The notes under the pieces: model-generated
Database searches by the model: none
What the model saw: the letters and a program-made list of their open reading frames with translations, nothing else
Told to the model about the DNA's origin: nothing
DNA from: Octopus sinensis
Lineage: Eukaryota
Assembly (NCBI RefSeq): GCF_006345805.1
Contig: NC_043014.1
Coordinates: forward strand, 45,632,001 to 45,696,000
Length of the DNA: 64,000 bases
Direction of reading: 5' to 3'
Position numbers and translations under genes: made by a program
Shown here: positions 40,301 through 54,117 of the stretch, one piece after another
Layout of the letters: each line of letters begins with the position of its first letter
Numbering within the stretch: the first letter of the stretch is position 1

Positions 40301-41520
40301 TACACTTTCAACTTCCCAAACACACACACACACACACATATATACAAATGTATACAGACATAGAACCAAGAGAAAGGAAGCCACACCTCAACGAGAAAGG
40401 GAAATGTACCTCATTACTACCCCACCACCGTTCCTCTTGTTACAATCATAATACAATCTCTCTCTCACTCCAGCACAATCTCATGTACACCAACTACTAA
40501 TTCCTACAAAAATATATATATTCCTTCCTCCCCAATACACTAACGCAAACACTTCAGATATAACAGCAACAACATACTTCCTGGTCAAAATATAAACATA
40601 AACTACAACACACACCACCTCTACAAAAATAACAAAAAACCAACATTTCTTAGACAAACTACATACATATATATAATAAATGAACACACATGCCTACAAG
40701 TATCAGATACACAACATCCCACTAATAACATAAGCACACATTCTCTTCACACATTTCTCTCTCTCCCACACAATTATTTCCTGTGTAAAAGAGAGTGACA
40801 AAACCCAGGTGGAGCTGCTCCTCAACAGACAAAGATCTGAACACAATTACTTTAGCAAGTTTAGAAAGCAAAAAAAAAAAAAGGGAAAAAAAAAACACTC
40901 AATGACAAACAACAAAATATTTGAAAGTGGTGGAGGGTGCAGGATGTGATGGTAGGAGGAAGAGTGCTTAGCAGTATTTCGGCTGCAGTTACGTTACGTT
41001 CCGAGTTCAAATTCCGCCGAGGTCGACTTTGTCTTTCATCCTTTCGGGGGGGGGGGGGGGTCGATAAATTAAGTACCAGTTATGCACTGGGGTCGATGTA
41101 ATCGACTTAATCCGTTTGTCTCCTCTGTATTTAGGAAGAGTGTTACTATGGCAGAAATTGTGTTGGATAAAATTCACACCACCACCACCACTGTCTTGAA
41201 AGCCATCTTTAGTTTTATATCTATTTCTTATCCTCTCCTTGAGACTAAACAATATTAACAGGTAGCACTAACAACAGTTCTTCTCTTCTATTCTATTCTA
41301 TTCTCTTGGTCACTTGATCAACCAGAACATAAGTCCTCAAACCACAACCTACAGTCTGAGGAAAATGACACTGGAAAATGTGACCCTCAAGTTCCCAACA
41401 TCTGGGGAGGGGGTAAATAAAAACGAGAATCCAAATGGTCATGCATCGGATGTCTTTGATCGTGGGTATGACTGCTTGAACAGGGCTGACCTGAGGCTAA
41501 ACACCAACTGCAACATCAGT

Positions 41521-41870
41521 GGAGGCGCAATGGTCCAGTGACTAGAGCAGCGGACTCGCAGTCAGAGGATCGCAGTTTCGATTCCCAGACCGGGCGTTGT
41601 GTGTGTTTATTGAGTGAAAACACCTAAAGCTCCACGAGGCTGTGGCAGGGGGTGGTGGCGACCCCTGTAGTACTCTTTCGCCCTAACTTTCTCTCACTCT
41701 TTCTTCCTGTTTCTTGCCCCTGACTTCCTATGCAACCGCTGAGCCTGGATGCGCATTCATCCCTCCGTCGATGCTCTCGGTGTCGGGGGTTGACCTGCTT
41801 TCTCTTCTGCAGGTCTTACGAATAGCAAAGGACCACGTTTTGGACCGCTCAACAGCAACTGTAACATCAA
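41521..41870 (+). mobile_element. tRNA-derived SINE family E
   Basis: Head ggaggcgcaatggtccagtgactagagcagcgg...gtttcgattcccagaccgggcg with A- and B-box-like motifs. The 3' boundary is approximate. Confidence 0.75.
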
Positions 41871-42785
41871 CAAGAATACTAAAGTAGTTGAGTCGATGAA
41901 GGAAGCATCATTGCAGTCACTTGCACTGCAAGAAAAAACAGCCAAATTTCCCTCCACTTTCACTTTGCTGCTTTAAATAAGGAAAGGGGGATACGAGATA
42001 AGGCAGTCATAGAAACCTCTGAAGCAACAACAGCAACAACAACAATAATGCAGCCACCACCAATGCCGCCGCTGCCAATGACAATGCTGCCACTGTCCCC
42101 ACCACTGTTGCTACATGATGAATCATGGTAATGAGAAATCCTTCATAAATTTACTAAAGCTGCAAGAAAAACAGCAGCCAAGTTTCCAACCCCCTTTTTG
42201 ATGCCAACACACCCTAAAACGGCTTCTGGTTCTATGATGCAAACTTCCTGTTTTTAAGTAATCTAAAAATCTTCCACCAAAATTTCATGCTAACTTATGT
42301 TCCAAATACTAACTTTAAAAAGGTTATTTAACTAAATTTTACTTTCATCATCATCATCATCATCATCATCATTGTCATTGTTTAACGACCGCTTTCCATG
42401 CTAGCATGGGTTGGACGATTTGACTGAGGGCTGGTGAACCAGATGGCTGCACCAGGCTCCAATCTTGATTTGGCAGAGTTTCTACAGCTGGATGCTCTTC
42501 CTAACGCCAACCACTCCAAGAGTGTAGTGGGTGCTTTTTACCTGCCACCAGCATGGGGGCCAGTCAGACGGTACTGGCAACGACCTCGCTCGAATCCTTT
42601 TACACATGCCACTAGCACAGGTGCCAGTAAGGTGAACAAAATGAATAGAAACCAAAAAATATGCTTAAAAAGGGTTAAATCACACTTTAGTAGTCATAAA
42701 AGAAAGAACACACTTGATGATAGAATCTTAGATATAATACACCCCGTTTAACTGTTCAGATACCAACCCACCCAAGGGTACCCTC

Positions 42786-43194
42786 TTTTACTCTTTTACA
42801 TGTTTCAGTCATTTGACTGTGGCCATGCTGGAGCACCGCCTTTAGTCGAGCAAATCGACCCCGGGACTTATTCTTTGTAAGCCCAGTACTTATTCTATCG
42901 GTCTCTTTTGCCGAACCGCTAAGTTACGGGGACATAAACACACTAGCATCGGTTGTCAAGCAATGCTAGGGGGACAAACACAGACACACAAACATATACA
43001 CACACAAACATATATATATATACACATATACGACAGGCTTCTTTCAGTTTCTGTCTACCAAATCCACTCATAAGGCTTTGGTCGGCCCGGGGCTATAACA
43101 GAAGACACTTGCCCAAGATACCACGCAGTGTGACTGAACCCGGAACCATGTGGTTGGTTAGCAAGCTACTTACCAAACAGCCACTCCTGCGCCT
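42786..43194 (-). mobile_element. SINE family A, full length
   Basis: Complete tail-to-head match. Confidence 0.9.
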
Positions 43195-43810
43195 ATGATA
43201 TTTAGTTCAATGATATTTCATGTTCAAAAGTGATCTAAATGGAAACCTTCAATCAAAATTTCTTGTTAATTTATGTTCCAAATGTTAGCTTTCACAGCTG
43301 ATAACCGAGTTATTTTATTTAAATTCTTCAGTATTTCCAAAATTAATTTAAACAAAAGCTGCGTATTTCAACAGAAATACGGCAAACAAAAGGTTTAAAG
43401 CCATACTTTAACAGTCTTTAAAAAGAAGGCAGAACAAATGCATTGCCATCATCCTTGGATACAATATAAACTGAAATGAAAGACAATTTGTTCCTTTTGA
43501 CCATAAATTTGCTATAAAACAATTAACTGAAACAAAAGCTATGTATTTTAACAGAAATATAGTAACAAAAGGTCTAAGCAGCAACACCATACATTCATTA
43601 TATAGGGAAAAGAACGAAGCAGAAGACATTGTGTTAATATTGCTAATGACCTTTATCTTTCAGAAGGCCATTAACACCGTAAGTGAATTGAATAGGTTTC
43701 CTTCAAGGATTTATAACTAGTCAATAGTTTCAGATTAATCCTAGATGCTTGATTTACCAATTCTTATACAGCATCTCTTATCGATAATACTTTATCATTA
43801 TTATCATATA

Positions 43811-44213
43811 CTAGCAGTATCGCCCGGCGTTGCTCGGGTTCGTAAGGGAAATAACTATATAAGCATTTTTAGAGATGTAAAGTATAATAGCCATCTCAAT
43901 ATGGCTAACCACAAAGGGGGCGGGGGTGTTACTGTAGCTTTTTACGTTCTGAGATTTAATAATACATTTTTAGAGAGTTACTTCCCTTATATAATAGCAA
44001 AAAAAATGCATTAAAAATGGGAAAAAATTATGGTAATTTTTTTTTAAATTGTAGACTCATCGTAGACGCGCGCTAATACCCGGAAGGGCTCGATATGAAT
44101 CACGACTATAAGATACCCGCTTTTGGTTACACTGCACCGCAAAATGTGGGAGTAGTTAGGAATCTAAATCGTAGGAGACAGACAGCACACAACTTCACTT
44201 TTATATATAAAGA
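43811..44213 (-). mobile_element. Non-autonomous Helitron-like element
   Basis: Minus strand starts A|TCTTTATATATAAAAG and ends CTAG|T, with a subterminal hairpin cccgagcaacgccggg about 10 nt from the 3' end. Confidence 0.8.
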
Positions 44214-44653
44214 TTATTTATGTCTGTTTTCTATGCTGGCATGGGTTGGACAGTTTGAGAGGCGTTGGTAAGAACACAGAGAATGTGTAATGAGATTGCG
44301 TTAAAAAGAAAAAAAAGGGGGTAGGTGGGAGATTTGACAGAAACACAAAAATAATAATTAGAACTAAATGACAAAGAGATTGCTTCCAGTCTTTACTTCA
44401 AGAGGCAGCCGTTCTTGCTAAGAAGTTTAAAGCTTTTGAAACACCATTAGCCTGTTTTTTTACCCTCTTGTTTTCTCTCTCGTTTTCATTTACTTTTTTT
44501 ATTTTCCTCTAATCTGTACAAAATCCATTCGTTTCATTTTCTCAATTGTTAACACCGATCAACCAATACACAGTGTCGAATGAAAATCTCCAATGTCTAC
44601 ATCTGTTAGATAACAAACACATAACACCAATGCCCGGGGAAATGTTGCCTTAA

Positions 44654-44873
44654 CCCTTTAGCATTCAAACCGGCCATATCCGGCCAGAATATTTAACCTG
44701 TTTTATATTGAAACTGACCAGAGCTTGCCTCTCACCTCAGCCCTACCATGTCATTCTAAAACTAAAAAAACCACATCATTGAAATCTCTAAACTAAAGAT
44801 AATACATGATTAATTCAAAACAATATAAATAAACAAACATTACATTTGAGAGAATAATCTGAACACTAAAGGG
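44654..44873. mobile_element. piggyBac-type MITE
   Basis: TTAA|ccctttagcattca ... tgaacactaaaggg|TTAA. Confidence 0.9.
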
Positions 44874-44927
44874 TTAAGGAACAGTAAAAGTTCCCAGTAC
44901 TTCTCAGTAAAATAATAATAATCATAC

Positions 44928-44979
<52 letters not shown>

Positions 44980-45305
44980 GTCTGAAAGGAGAGAGGGGGA
45001 GACAATGTCTTATGCTGTAGCCCCCCCCCCCAAATGACCAAATCCTTGAGAGTGGATTTGGTTGATGAAAATTGAAGAAGGCCTCTGTGTGTGTGTGTGT
45101 GTGTGTGTGTGTCGTCTTGACAGCATGTGATGGTTATGAATGATTGTCTCTGTCTTTCAAAGGTGCCACACAGAGGGAGTGAATATGAAACCATGTGGTT
45201 GGGAAGCGAATTTCTTACCACTCTGGCAATACCTGCTTCCACCTTTCTACATATGTGTGTGTGAGAGAGAGAGAGAGAGAGAGGGGGGAGGAAGTGAGAG
45301 AGGGG

Positions 45306-45358
<53 letters not shown>

Positions 45359-47352
45359 TGCAAAATCAACTAATTTCTTGTCCTCTATGTGTATCTCTGA
45401 TACATATGTTTTTATTACACACACACACCTAGGACTAATAATGGAGTGGGTGAAGCAATAAAAACACAGTCACCTGTCAACAAGGACTCCCTGGTGTCCA
45501 GGTGGAGCAGTTGATAAAACAACGGGGTGGGGTGGGAGGAGACATTCTCATAATAACAGCAACAACCACCACAAGACAGACAGACAGACATGAACAAACA
45601 GCAGACCTCACTGGTAACCCTTTGTGTAACCATTGTATAGAAACACACTCCCCAGGACAGAACAGGATTTTTTTTATACTCTAGGAACCAACGATGGAGA
45701 TTCTATGTGGTTGCTTAATCCTGCTAGGTATAGCAGCAAAATTTCCTTCAAATTCACACCTTGAAGTCTTGCAAAATAAGCTACACGACAAAGGGATTCT
45801 AGATATATTGTGTGTGGGGAGAAACTACCTAAAAAAAAAATGATGTTGTGGTCACAGCTGGAATGTCATTTGATTATGGGTCTATTTGATCAGAGCTGAT
45901 CAAGAGTTAAATAACAACATGTTGCTTTACTCTACAAGCCAATGAGAGAGAGAGAGTATCTATTTTAGTTTAGAAACACCAGCCAAATCTTCCTCATATC
46001 AGATCATACCATCTTTGAGAACTTAAAGATGAGACTGGAGGTTGAGAAAAGGAAAAAAAAAAAAAAAAGGATGGATTTCCTTGAAGCATACAGGTGCATT
46101 TTCTCAGGGACGACCAAGGACTAAACAACATTAAGTTGCCAAATCCCTTTTTACAAACTAGATCTGGAACTGCTTCTACTACCGTAGTTGCACTTTCGTG
46201 CTTTCTTCAAAAACCTCAACCAAAGAACTACGTCTTTAACCATACCACAGAACTTTATTTTAAACAATAAGTTCCACGGTATTATTTCAATTGATGGTAG
46301 TCGTCACAAACAGGTAGGTACATGTGAAATTTTGTTTATTTTATTTTAGCCTTTTTGCTATTGGTTGCATTCACCAGAGTTGACCAAGTGTTTCTTCTCT
46401 CCCAGCACTCTTGTTCAGTTTTCAACAAAAAGCCCTTTGCAATCACCTATCACTCCCCTGCTTTCTTCTAAAACCTATCATTATTAAAGCAAATCACTTA
46501 TATAACTTAATCTACTGCACATGTAACCATTAGTTAGCAGCTTACTTCTGAGCTTGGCATTTTCTCTTCTGTTTACATACAGAACTGGATTACTCCAGAT
46601 TATTCCACAAGGCTCCTTCTATGAATTTTTAATTACACGCAAGCTAGATTAGTTTCAGATTACTGGAAATTTCTTTAGATTAAAAGCTCTATAAAAAAAA
46701 AAAAATTTTTTTTAAACCCACCAGTGGGGGAAACTTTTTGAAGAGGGGAGTATTAAAATAGCTGTCCCTCATGTGAAATGAAAAGGGGACGGAAGGGTTG
46801 GGGGGTGGAGTGGGAGACAGAAATGCAAACTGCCAGAGGTTTTGAGAAGAAATCTTTTTCACAATTGGAAATATCAGGGATACTTAACTAAATAAATAGA
46901 ACTACCCTATTCCTTTTCCATGAGGTGTGAGGACTTCAAAAGAACCTGAGACTGCCCCTGGTTATGATGCAATCGTTGGTGGTAGCTTTGTCTTGTATCT
47001 AAGAATTTAGTTTTTCCTTTGCTGAATGCTTCCTTTATGGTGATGGCATTGAGGACTAAGTAGACCAATTCTTGTATAGAAGAGTTGATGATCCTTCGGT
47101 ATAGATACCGGCTTTGTTTACATTTGTGAAGATAGCAGAAACCCTTTTCTCCCACCCCTAACCCTAATCCTAACCCCCCATATATAAAAAAAAACCACTT
47201 TCTTGAAATGTATCCAGTACTTCTGGTACCTATACCGAAGTTACGCCGAAGAGTTGATGGCATTTCACAATACAAACTTCCTATTCGTATCATATTAAAC
47301 CTTCTGTTAAAATTTCATGTTATTTTATGGTCTAAGCAATGGTCTCATAGTA

Positions 47353-47520
47353 CAGTGATACCTTGCAGTATGAGAGTCTAATTCGTTCCATGACCAAGCT
47401 TGTCTTACAGTTTGCTCACCTTACAATTTATTCGTTTTACAAATTAATTTTCCCCATTGAAATTAACTAAAATACAATTAATCTGTTCTACCCCCGCCCA
47501 AACCACTCAAAAATAATTTT
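47353..47520. mobile_element. pogo/Tigger-like end fragment
   Basis: ta|cagtgataccttgcagtatgag...taattcgttcc resembles pogo/Tigger left ends. Confidence 0.4.
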
Positions 47521-49069
47521 TTATGGGTTTTAAATCAGAAAAGGTGTAGTTACAAGTAAAATGACAATTATGAAAAAGAGAATGCAAAAGAAATATGTAA
47601 ACTGGTTTCAGTCAGGTTGGTATCGAAAGGGTTAATTTATTGATCCAAAAAGGATGAAAGGTGAAGTTGACTTCAGTGGAATTTGAACTGAAATTGTGCA
47701 GAGAGACAAAATACTGCTAAGCATTTCGCCTGGCATGCTAATGATTCTGCCAATTCACCGCTTTATCCAACAGCTTATTAACGACAAAGTTGTTTAGCTT
47801 AATTTTTCTTCATTAGTTACAAAATTAATTAATTAAATGTGGACAGTGTATTTCAAAAGAAATATGGTAATAAAAAGGGGATAAACCTATTTCAAGGGAG
47901 ATTTTACTGTTATTTTTAGCAGGTCTAATAAGCATGTAAGGAGCACCTTTGTTGGATCATCTGAAGTGGTCATTTCAGATGAAACCAGATGTGTGACATG
48001 GACCGACCATTCAACTGTGGAAAGCATTGGAGCATCAAAGAGTGACAATCACAAGTTTGGGGTGTAGGGGGACAGTGGCGTTTCAGACATCAATGATCTT
48101 GTGAGGTTACAATTTCCTCTCTTCCTGTACTTGGTCAAGGGTAAGAGGTGGGGAAAAAGAGGTAAAGTGTATGGGGAAAGGTGAGATGGAGAGGAAGGGA
48201 GGGAAAGAGAGAGAGAGAGTGTGTGTGTGTGTGTGTGTGAAAAATAAGAATAGGTTGAATCTGATAGAGCGAGATAGTAAGGATATATGTACATAAGGAT
48301 GATGACGGCAATGATGATGATGGTGATGATGACAATGATAATGATGGTGATGATGACGACGGTGGTGCTGGTGTGTGTGTATCTGTGTAGTGGCTAGTAT
48401 ATCTGCAAATATGTCTTTGTTGAAGAGGAAAAGTGTATGATGATAGAGAATATTGTGTGTGAGAGAGTGACAGGGAAATTTCTGTTCAAAGAAATTATGC
48501 CTGGGAAACCAGAAGTTTGGACATAGAAACAGTAACAATGTCAGTGTATATATGGTAAAGGGCCAGGAAGAGGAGGAGAAACTACAAAACATAAGATACC
48601 AAACCATGTACACAAAATCATAAAAAATTCCTTTTTGCCCCTCCCCACACAGAAAATAAAAGGAAATTACACACACATTCACACTACCACACACAAAAGA
48701 AAAAAAAACTATTGCCTCCCTAACACACATATACAAAGAAAAGGACACAAAAGCTCCTGGTTACAATGTCAATTTTACAAATACTAGATGAATAGCAGAG
48801 ACTAAGGACTGTGAAATGTGTGTGTGTGTGTGTGGAGCAGGAGAAGGTGGTATATAATAAGGTGGAAATTGAGAAAAAAAAATAGAAAAAAAAGGAAAGA
48901 AAACAAAAAAACAGCAGAATCAAAATAATAGAATTATAGAAAAACAAGAATAACCATTTTTTTTTCACACACAACTAGAACAGGTACAGTAACAACAACA
49001 ATAATTCCTTGAGAAAATGAGGGGTTGTTGTTGTTGGTATTATTATTATTATTATTATTATCATCATTC

Positions 49070-49415
49070 TTTTACTTGTTTCAGTCATTTGACTGTGGCC
49101 ATGCTGGAGTACTGCCTTTAGTCGATCACATCGACGCCAGGACTTATCTTTTTTAAGCTTAGTACTTATTCTATTGGTCTCTTTTGCCGAACTGCTTTTG
49201 TAAGCCTAGTACTTATTCTATTGGTCTCATTTGCCAAACCGCTAAGTTACGGGGATGTAAACACACTAGCATCGGTTGTCAAGTGATGTTGGTTGGGGGG
49301 AACAAACACAGACACACACACACATATATATATATATAGACATACATACAATGGGCTTCTTTTAGTTTCCATCTACCAAATCCACTCACAAGGCTTTGGT
49401 TGGCCCGAGGCTATA
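49070..49415 (-). mobile_element. SINE family A, head-truncated, with an internal short duplication
   Basis: Family A tail and core; tagtacttattctattggtctc occurs twice. Confidence 0.85.
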
Positions 49416-49806
49416 GTTTCCCTTCCCCTCAAAAACTGCTGTCCGTGCACCAAAATTGAAACCATTATTAATATTATTAACGGGGACGACTTTGCTTTCC
49501 ATTGCAGTCAAATATTAGGGATAACATAATCCTCAATATATATACTCTTACGCAAAAATATATGCATAAAATCATCATCATCATCATCATAATTGTCGTG
49601 GTTGTCGTTATTATGGTTCTCGTTAACTTTATTGATTAATATATAATCAACTAGGATTGTGTTGCCATTCCTGTCTCCAAGAAGCTGACAACAATGGCAG
49701 AAAACTTGAGCTAAGATAATATCTTGCCAGATTTTCCAATAATATATTTATCAAAGACCACAATCTCCATTCTTCAAACGGAGCTGCATAATGAACTCAC
49801 TCTCTC

Positions 49807-49849
<43 letters not shown>

Positions 49850-49937
49850 GGCGATGCATGTAATTGTGCAGTTGCTAATGTGTACTGGTGCATAGAGCAG
49901 TGTAGCTGTGAAGGTTTTGTGTTTATTATGCATTACT

Positions 49938-49978
49938 GGATAATAATAATAACAATAATAATAATAATAATAATAGTA

Positions 49979-50014
<36 letters not shown>

Positions 50015-50017
50015 GTA

Positions 50018-50071
<54 letters not shown>

Positions 50072-50110
50072 GTAGTAATAATAATAGTAGTAGTAATAAT
50101 AATAGTAGTA

Positions 50111-50143
<33 letters not shown>

Positions 50144-50251
50144 GTAATAATAATAATAGTAGTAATAATAATAGTAGTAATAATAATAATAATAGTAATA
50201 ATAATAATAATAGTAATAATAATAATAGTAGTAATAATAATAATAATAGTA

Positions 50252-50282
<31 letters not shown>

Positions 50283-50385
50283 TAGTAGTAATAATAATAA
50301 TAATAGTAATAGTAATAATAATAATAATAATAATAATAGTAATAATAATAATAGTAATAGTAATAATAACAATAATAATAATAAA
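49938..50385. repeat. About 450 bp (TAA)n tract with TAG interruptions
   Basis: Direct inspection. Confidence 0.97.
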
Positions 50386-50771
50386 AATATCAATTTCGTT
50401 GGACAAAATCCAACATCAATTTATATATTAGTTGACTAAATCAATCTGTTTGTTGTTGTTGTTGTTGTAGCTGTTTAAGCCCCCAAGTTAGCCCCGATTG
50501 AGTTGAGTTGACTAATGATCAAAGACATGGCAGATATGACCATTCTGTCATTTAAGTGGTGTGGTACACTACATTATCTAATGTATCCTTATTCGAGAAA
50601 ATAATAATAATAATGATAATAATAACAATTTTGGATTGGATTGTTTGTGTTCAGTCCACTATAGCAGTGTTCCGCAACTGTTTTTCACTTGCGGTACACT
50701 TATATCCTTTTCAAAATTCGGCGCCACACCTGGACGAAAAATATAAGAAAAAGTATAGGGGAAAAAAATTA

Positions 50772-51175
50772 CAGGAGTGGCTGTGTGGTAAGTAGCTTGC
50801 TTACCAACCACATGGTTCCCAGTTCAGTCCCACTGCATGGCACTTTGGGCAAGTATCTTCTACTATAGCCTCAGGCCGACCAAAGCCTTGTGAGTGGATT
50901 TGGTAGACGGAAACTGAAAGAAGCCTGTCGTATATATGTATATATATATATGTGTGCGTGCGTGTGTATGTTTGTGTGTCTGTGCTTGTCCCCCTAGCAT
51001 TGCTTGACAACCGATGCTGGTGTGTTTATGTCCCCGTCACTTAGCGGTTTGGCAAAAGAGAACCGATAGAATAAGTACTGGGCTTACAAAGAATAAGTCC
51101 CGGGGTCGAGTTGCTCGACTAAAGGCGGTGCTCCAGCATGGCCACAGTCAAATGACTGAAACAAGTAAAAGAGTA
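50772..51175 (+). mobile_element. SINE family A, full length
   Basis: caggagtggctgtgtggtaagtagc...gactgaaacaagtaaaagag. Confidence 0.9.
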
Positions 51176-52159
51176 ATCAGGTTACACTGTGACACACCTA
51201 GCATCATCTTATGGCCCACCAGTGTACTGCAGCATACTGGTATCAGACCACTGCACTATAGAGCACAAAGGCCTTAGCATGCTCTCTCAAACCAGAGAAT
51301 GGCTTGAGATCATACTGGTCTGATGACCCTGCTCTGCTACACAGGCTCAACATGTCCAACCAGACTAACCCACCCTATATACACTTCACGAAGATGAAAT
51401 ACTCAACAACCCTACTACAATCCAAATAATCTTTCTGAAAGAGGAAACCACTACTTGATCAATACAACTGCAAATCATCATCATTGTTGTCATCATTTTA
51501 TGTCCACACTGACATGGATTGTTTAGGCCATCACATTGAGTGTCAAATCTTATTCTTATGCCCTCCTTGGACAAGCCAGAGTGCCACGTCTCATTCACAC
51601 ATTATATTTTGGCTTGGTTTCTATGGCAGTATGCCCTTCCTATCACCAACCACTTTATAGAGTGAGATGTGTGCTACATTTTATTGTGGCACTAGCACTG
51701 GGCCCTTTTAGCCTTCAGAATACTCTGCAAAAAAAATAATAATCCTTATTTATTCACATTGCTTTGAATTTATCCTGCATTATCTCATAGCTTCAAGATC
51801 TCAATGATGTGATTGTTTATGCTTAGAACAACACTGTAGGATATGTGTGAGAGGTTGGATCTGGTCAGTTTGGACAAAACATAGGCAGAATAACTTGGCT
51901 GGATATGGCTGGTTTAAATACTGAGGCGCTAGAGAGGGAGCCATATCCTTAGCAAGATATAAGAGCTCCCCCTCCCAATCTGAGATTATTTCAGCCTTTC
52001 TATTTCTCAACTCCTTTAGAGTGTGAACAGGGTGTGTTTATTGTGACACCGGTGAGCCGATCCTATGTGTTTGTTACCCTCATTGGGTCAAAGAAGGTAA
52101 AAAAAAATGAGAATGGTGGTCATGACAGTAAACCCTTTTCCTGCAGGCCACATTCATCA

Positions 52160-52610
52160 TCATCATTGTTTAACGTCCGCTTTCCATGCTAGCATGGGTT
52201 GGACGATTTTGACTGAGGACTGGCAAACCAGATGGCTGCACCAGGCTCCAATCTTGATCTGGCAGAATTTCTACAGCTGGATGCCCTTCCTAATGCCAAT
52301 CACTCCGAGAGTGTAGTGGGTGCTTTTTACATGCCACCAGCACAGGGTCCAGTCAGACGGTACTGACAATGACCTCGCTCGAATCTTTTTACACATGCCA
52401 CTGGCACGGGTGCCAGTAAGGCGACGTTGGTAATGATCACGCTCGAATGGTACTCTTTTATGTGCCACGGTACGGGGGCTAGTCAGGCGGTACTGGCAAT
52501 GACCTTGTTCGAATCTTTTTACACATGCCACTGGCACAGGTGCCAGTAAGGCGATGTTGGTAATGATCACGCTCAAATGGTGCCTTTTTACGTGCCACCG
52601 GCACGTAGCA
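52160..52610 (-). mobile_element. RTE 3'-end derived fragment with (GAT)n tail and duplicated internal modules
   Basis: Reverse complement of the LINE tail (catcatcattgtttaacgtccgctttccatgctagcatggg). Similar fragments at 2410-2625, 6794-6955, 39840-39965, 42350-42630, 57090-57315, 58730-58800 and 61090-61145. Confidence 0.85.
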
Positions 52611-52883
52611 AGAAGAGCACATTAGATAATGTGAACTGAGATACATTATGCCTGATGGCGGAATGCTTTTATTTATAGTTTTCTTCAGTCAGTGCTGACT
52701 TAAGCTGACTACATGACAATTCAATATGTTATAAAATTCCTCCTCTGAAATAGGGAGAAAGTGTGTGTGTACATGTGCATGCGTGTGTGCATGCATGTAT
52801 AAATATCTGAATGCCTACACATGAAATAAACAAATATGAAAGACAAAAATAACAGCTGGGTTTTGAAACAGATGCCCTTTTAA

Positions 52884-53104
52884 CCCTTTCGTTACTGTAC
52901 TTATTTTGAGATGTTCTGTGTTTCTCTTAATTATTTTAGATATAACAAAGAATTTAGGAAAATAATTTAGTTATCATTAAGCTAGTGTTAGGAACATAAA
53001 TTATGACTAAGGTTTGGTGGAAGATTTTAATTCAAAACTTATGAAAACAAGACATTTGTACTACAGAGCCAGAGGCGGTTTCAGCCGGGTTGGTAACGAA
53101 AGGG
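52884..53104. mobile_element. piggyBac-type MITE
   Basis: TTAA|ccctttcgttac ... gtaacgaaaggg|TTAA, perfect 12 bp TIR. Confidence 0.9.
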
Positions 53105-53946
53105 TTAAGACCCATAACTCCTGGGAAAGGAAACCAGCAGTACCCCCACTCCCATCCTTTTTCCTCCCCACAAGTATTCTTGTGGTTCATACAATGGAAA
53201 TGACTAAACTTTAAAAAAAAATATTTTGCCAAAAATTTTATTTTATTTTTATTTATTTTTGCCACCCTACACCTACTACTATACCCTTTTCCATTTCCAT
53301 GAGGTATGGAACTTTGAAGGACAACTATTCTAAAATTCTACCAAAATAACAAACGACTACTGCTCAGGTTGAAATATAATTAGGGAACCATCTACCGACA
53401 AACCCAATCTAGTAAGGTCTATAAAAGCAAAACACCCCCAACCTTAACTATATTAACTATATTCCACAGTGCATGGTAGAATTAATGCACTGTTAGTGGG
53501 ACAAAATATTTGGGGGTTTTGGACTACGACCCTTTTATGCTCCAAGCTCAAGTCCCATCCCAAGTTGACTGTGCCTTTCATCCATTTTAGCTCAATAAAA
53601 ATAAGTGCCAGCCTACCAAGAACTCGTGTTGATATGATCGACTAATACACCCTTGAAAGAAGTGCACCAGTATGGCCATAGTCAAGTGATCAGTTGACCA
53701 TGTGAAAGAGTGCAGAAGTGTACACTACACTGCTGAAGGCTTTTAATGTACATCAGCTGCCATTTTCATAATTTGGTTGGTGTCAGCAACAACTGGCATG
53801 GGGGAAACGGAGGAGGGTATATATAGTAGAAGAGATACAAGAGTAGGGTTTATATTTCGTAAAATAGATACAAGTGTAGGGTGTATATAGAGTAGAACAA
53901 ATATATGGGTAAAATGTATATAGAGTAGAACAAATATATGGGTAAA

Positions 53947-53984
<38 letters not shown>

Positions 53985-54071
53985 GAATATATACAAGAAT
54001 AGGGTGTATATATAGTAGAGCAAACATATGGGTAGGATATATATATTGTAGAATAGCTTCAAGGATAGTGT

Positions 54072-54117
<46 letters not shown>

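Noticed and set aside
47155-47178. Interstitial telomere
   Set aside because: Only about 3 imperfect TTAGGG units.
49724-50431. Poly-Ile and poly-Leu ORFs
   Set aside because: Translation of the (TAA)n tract.
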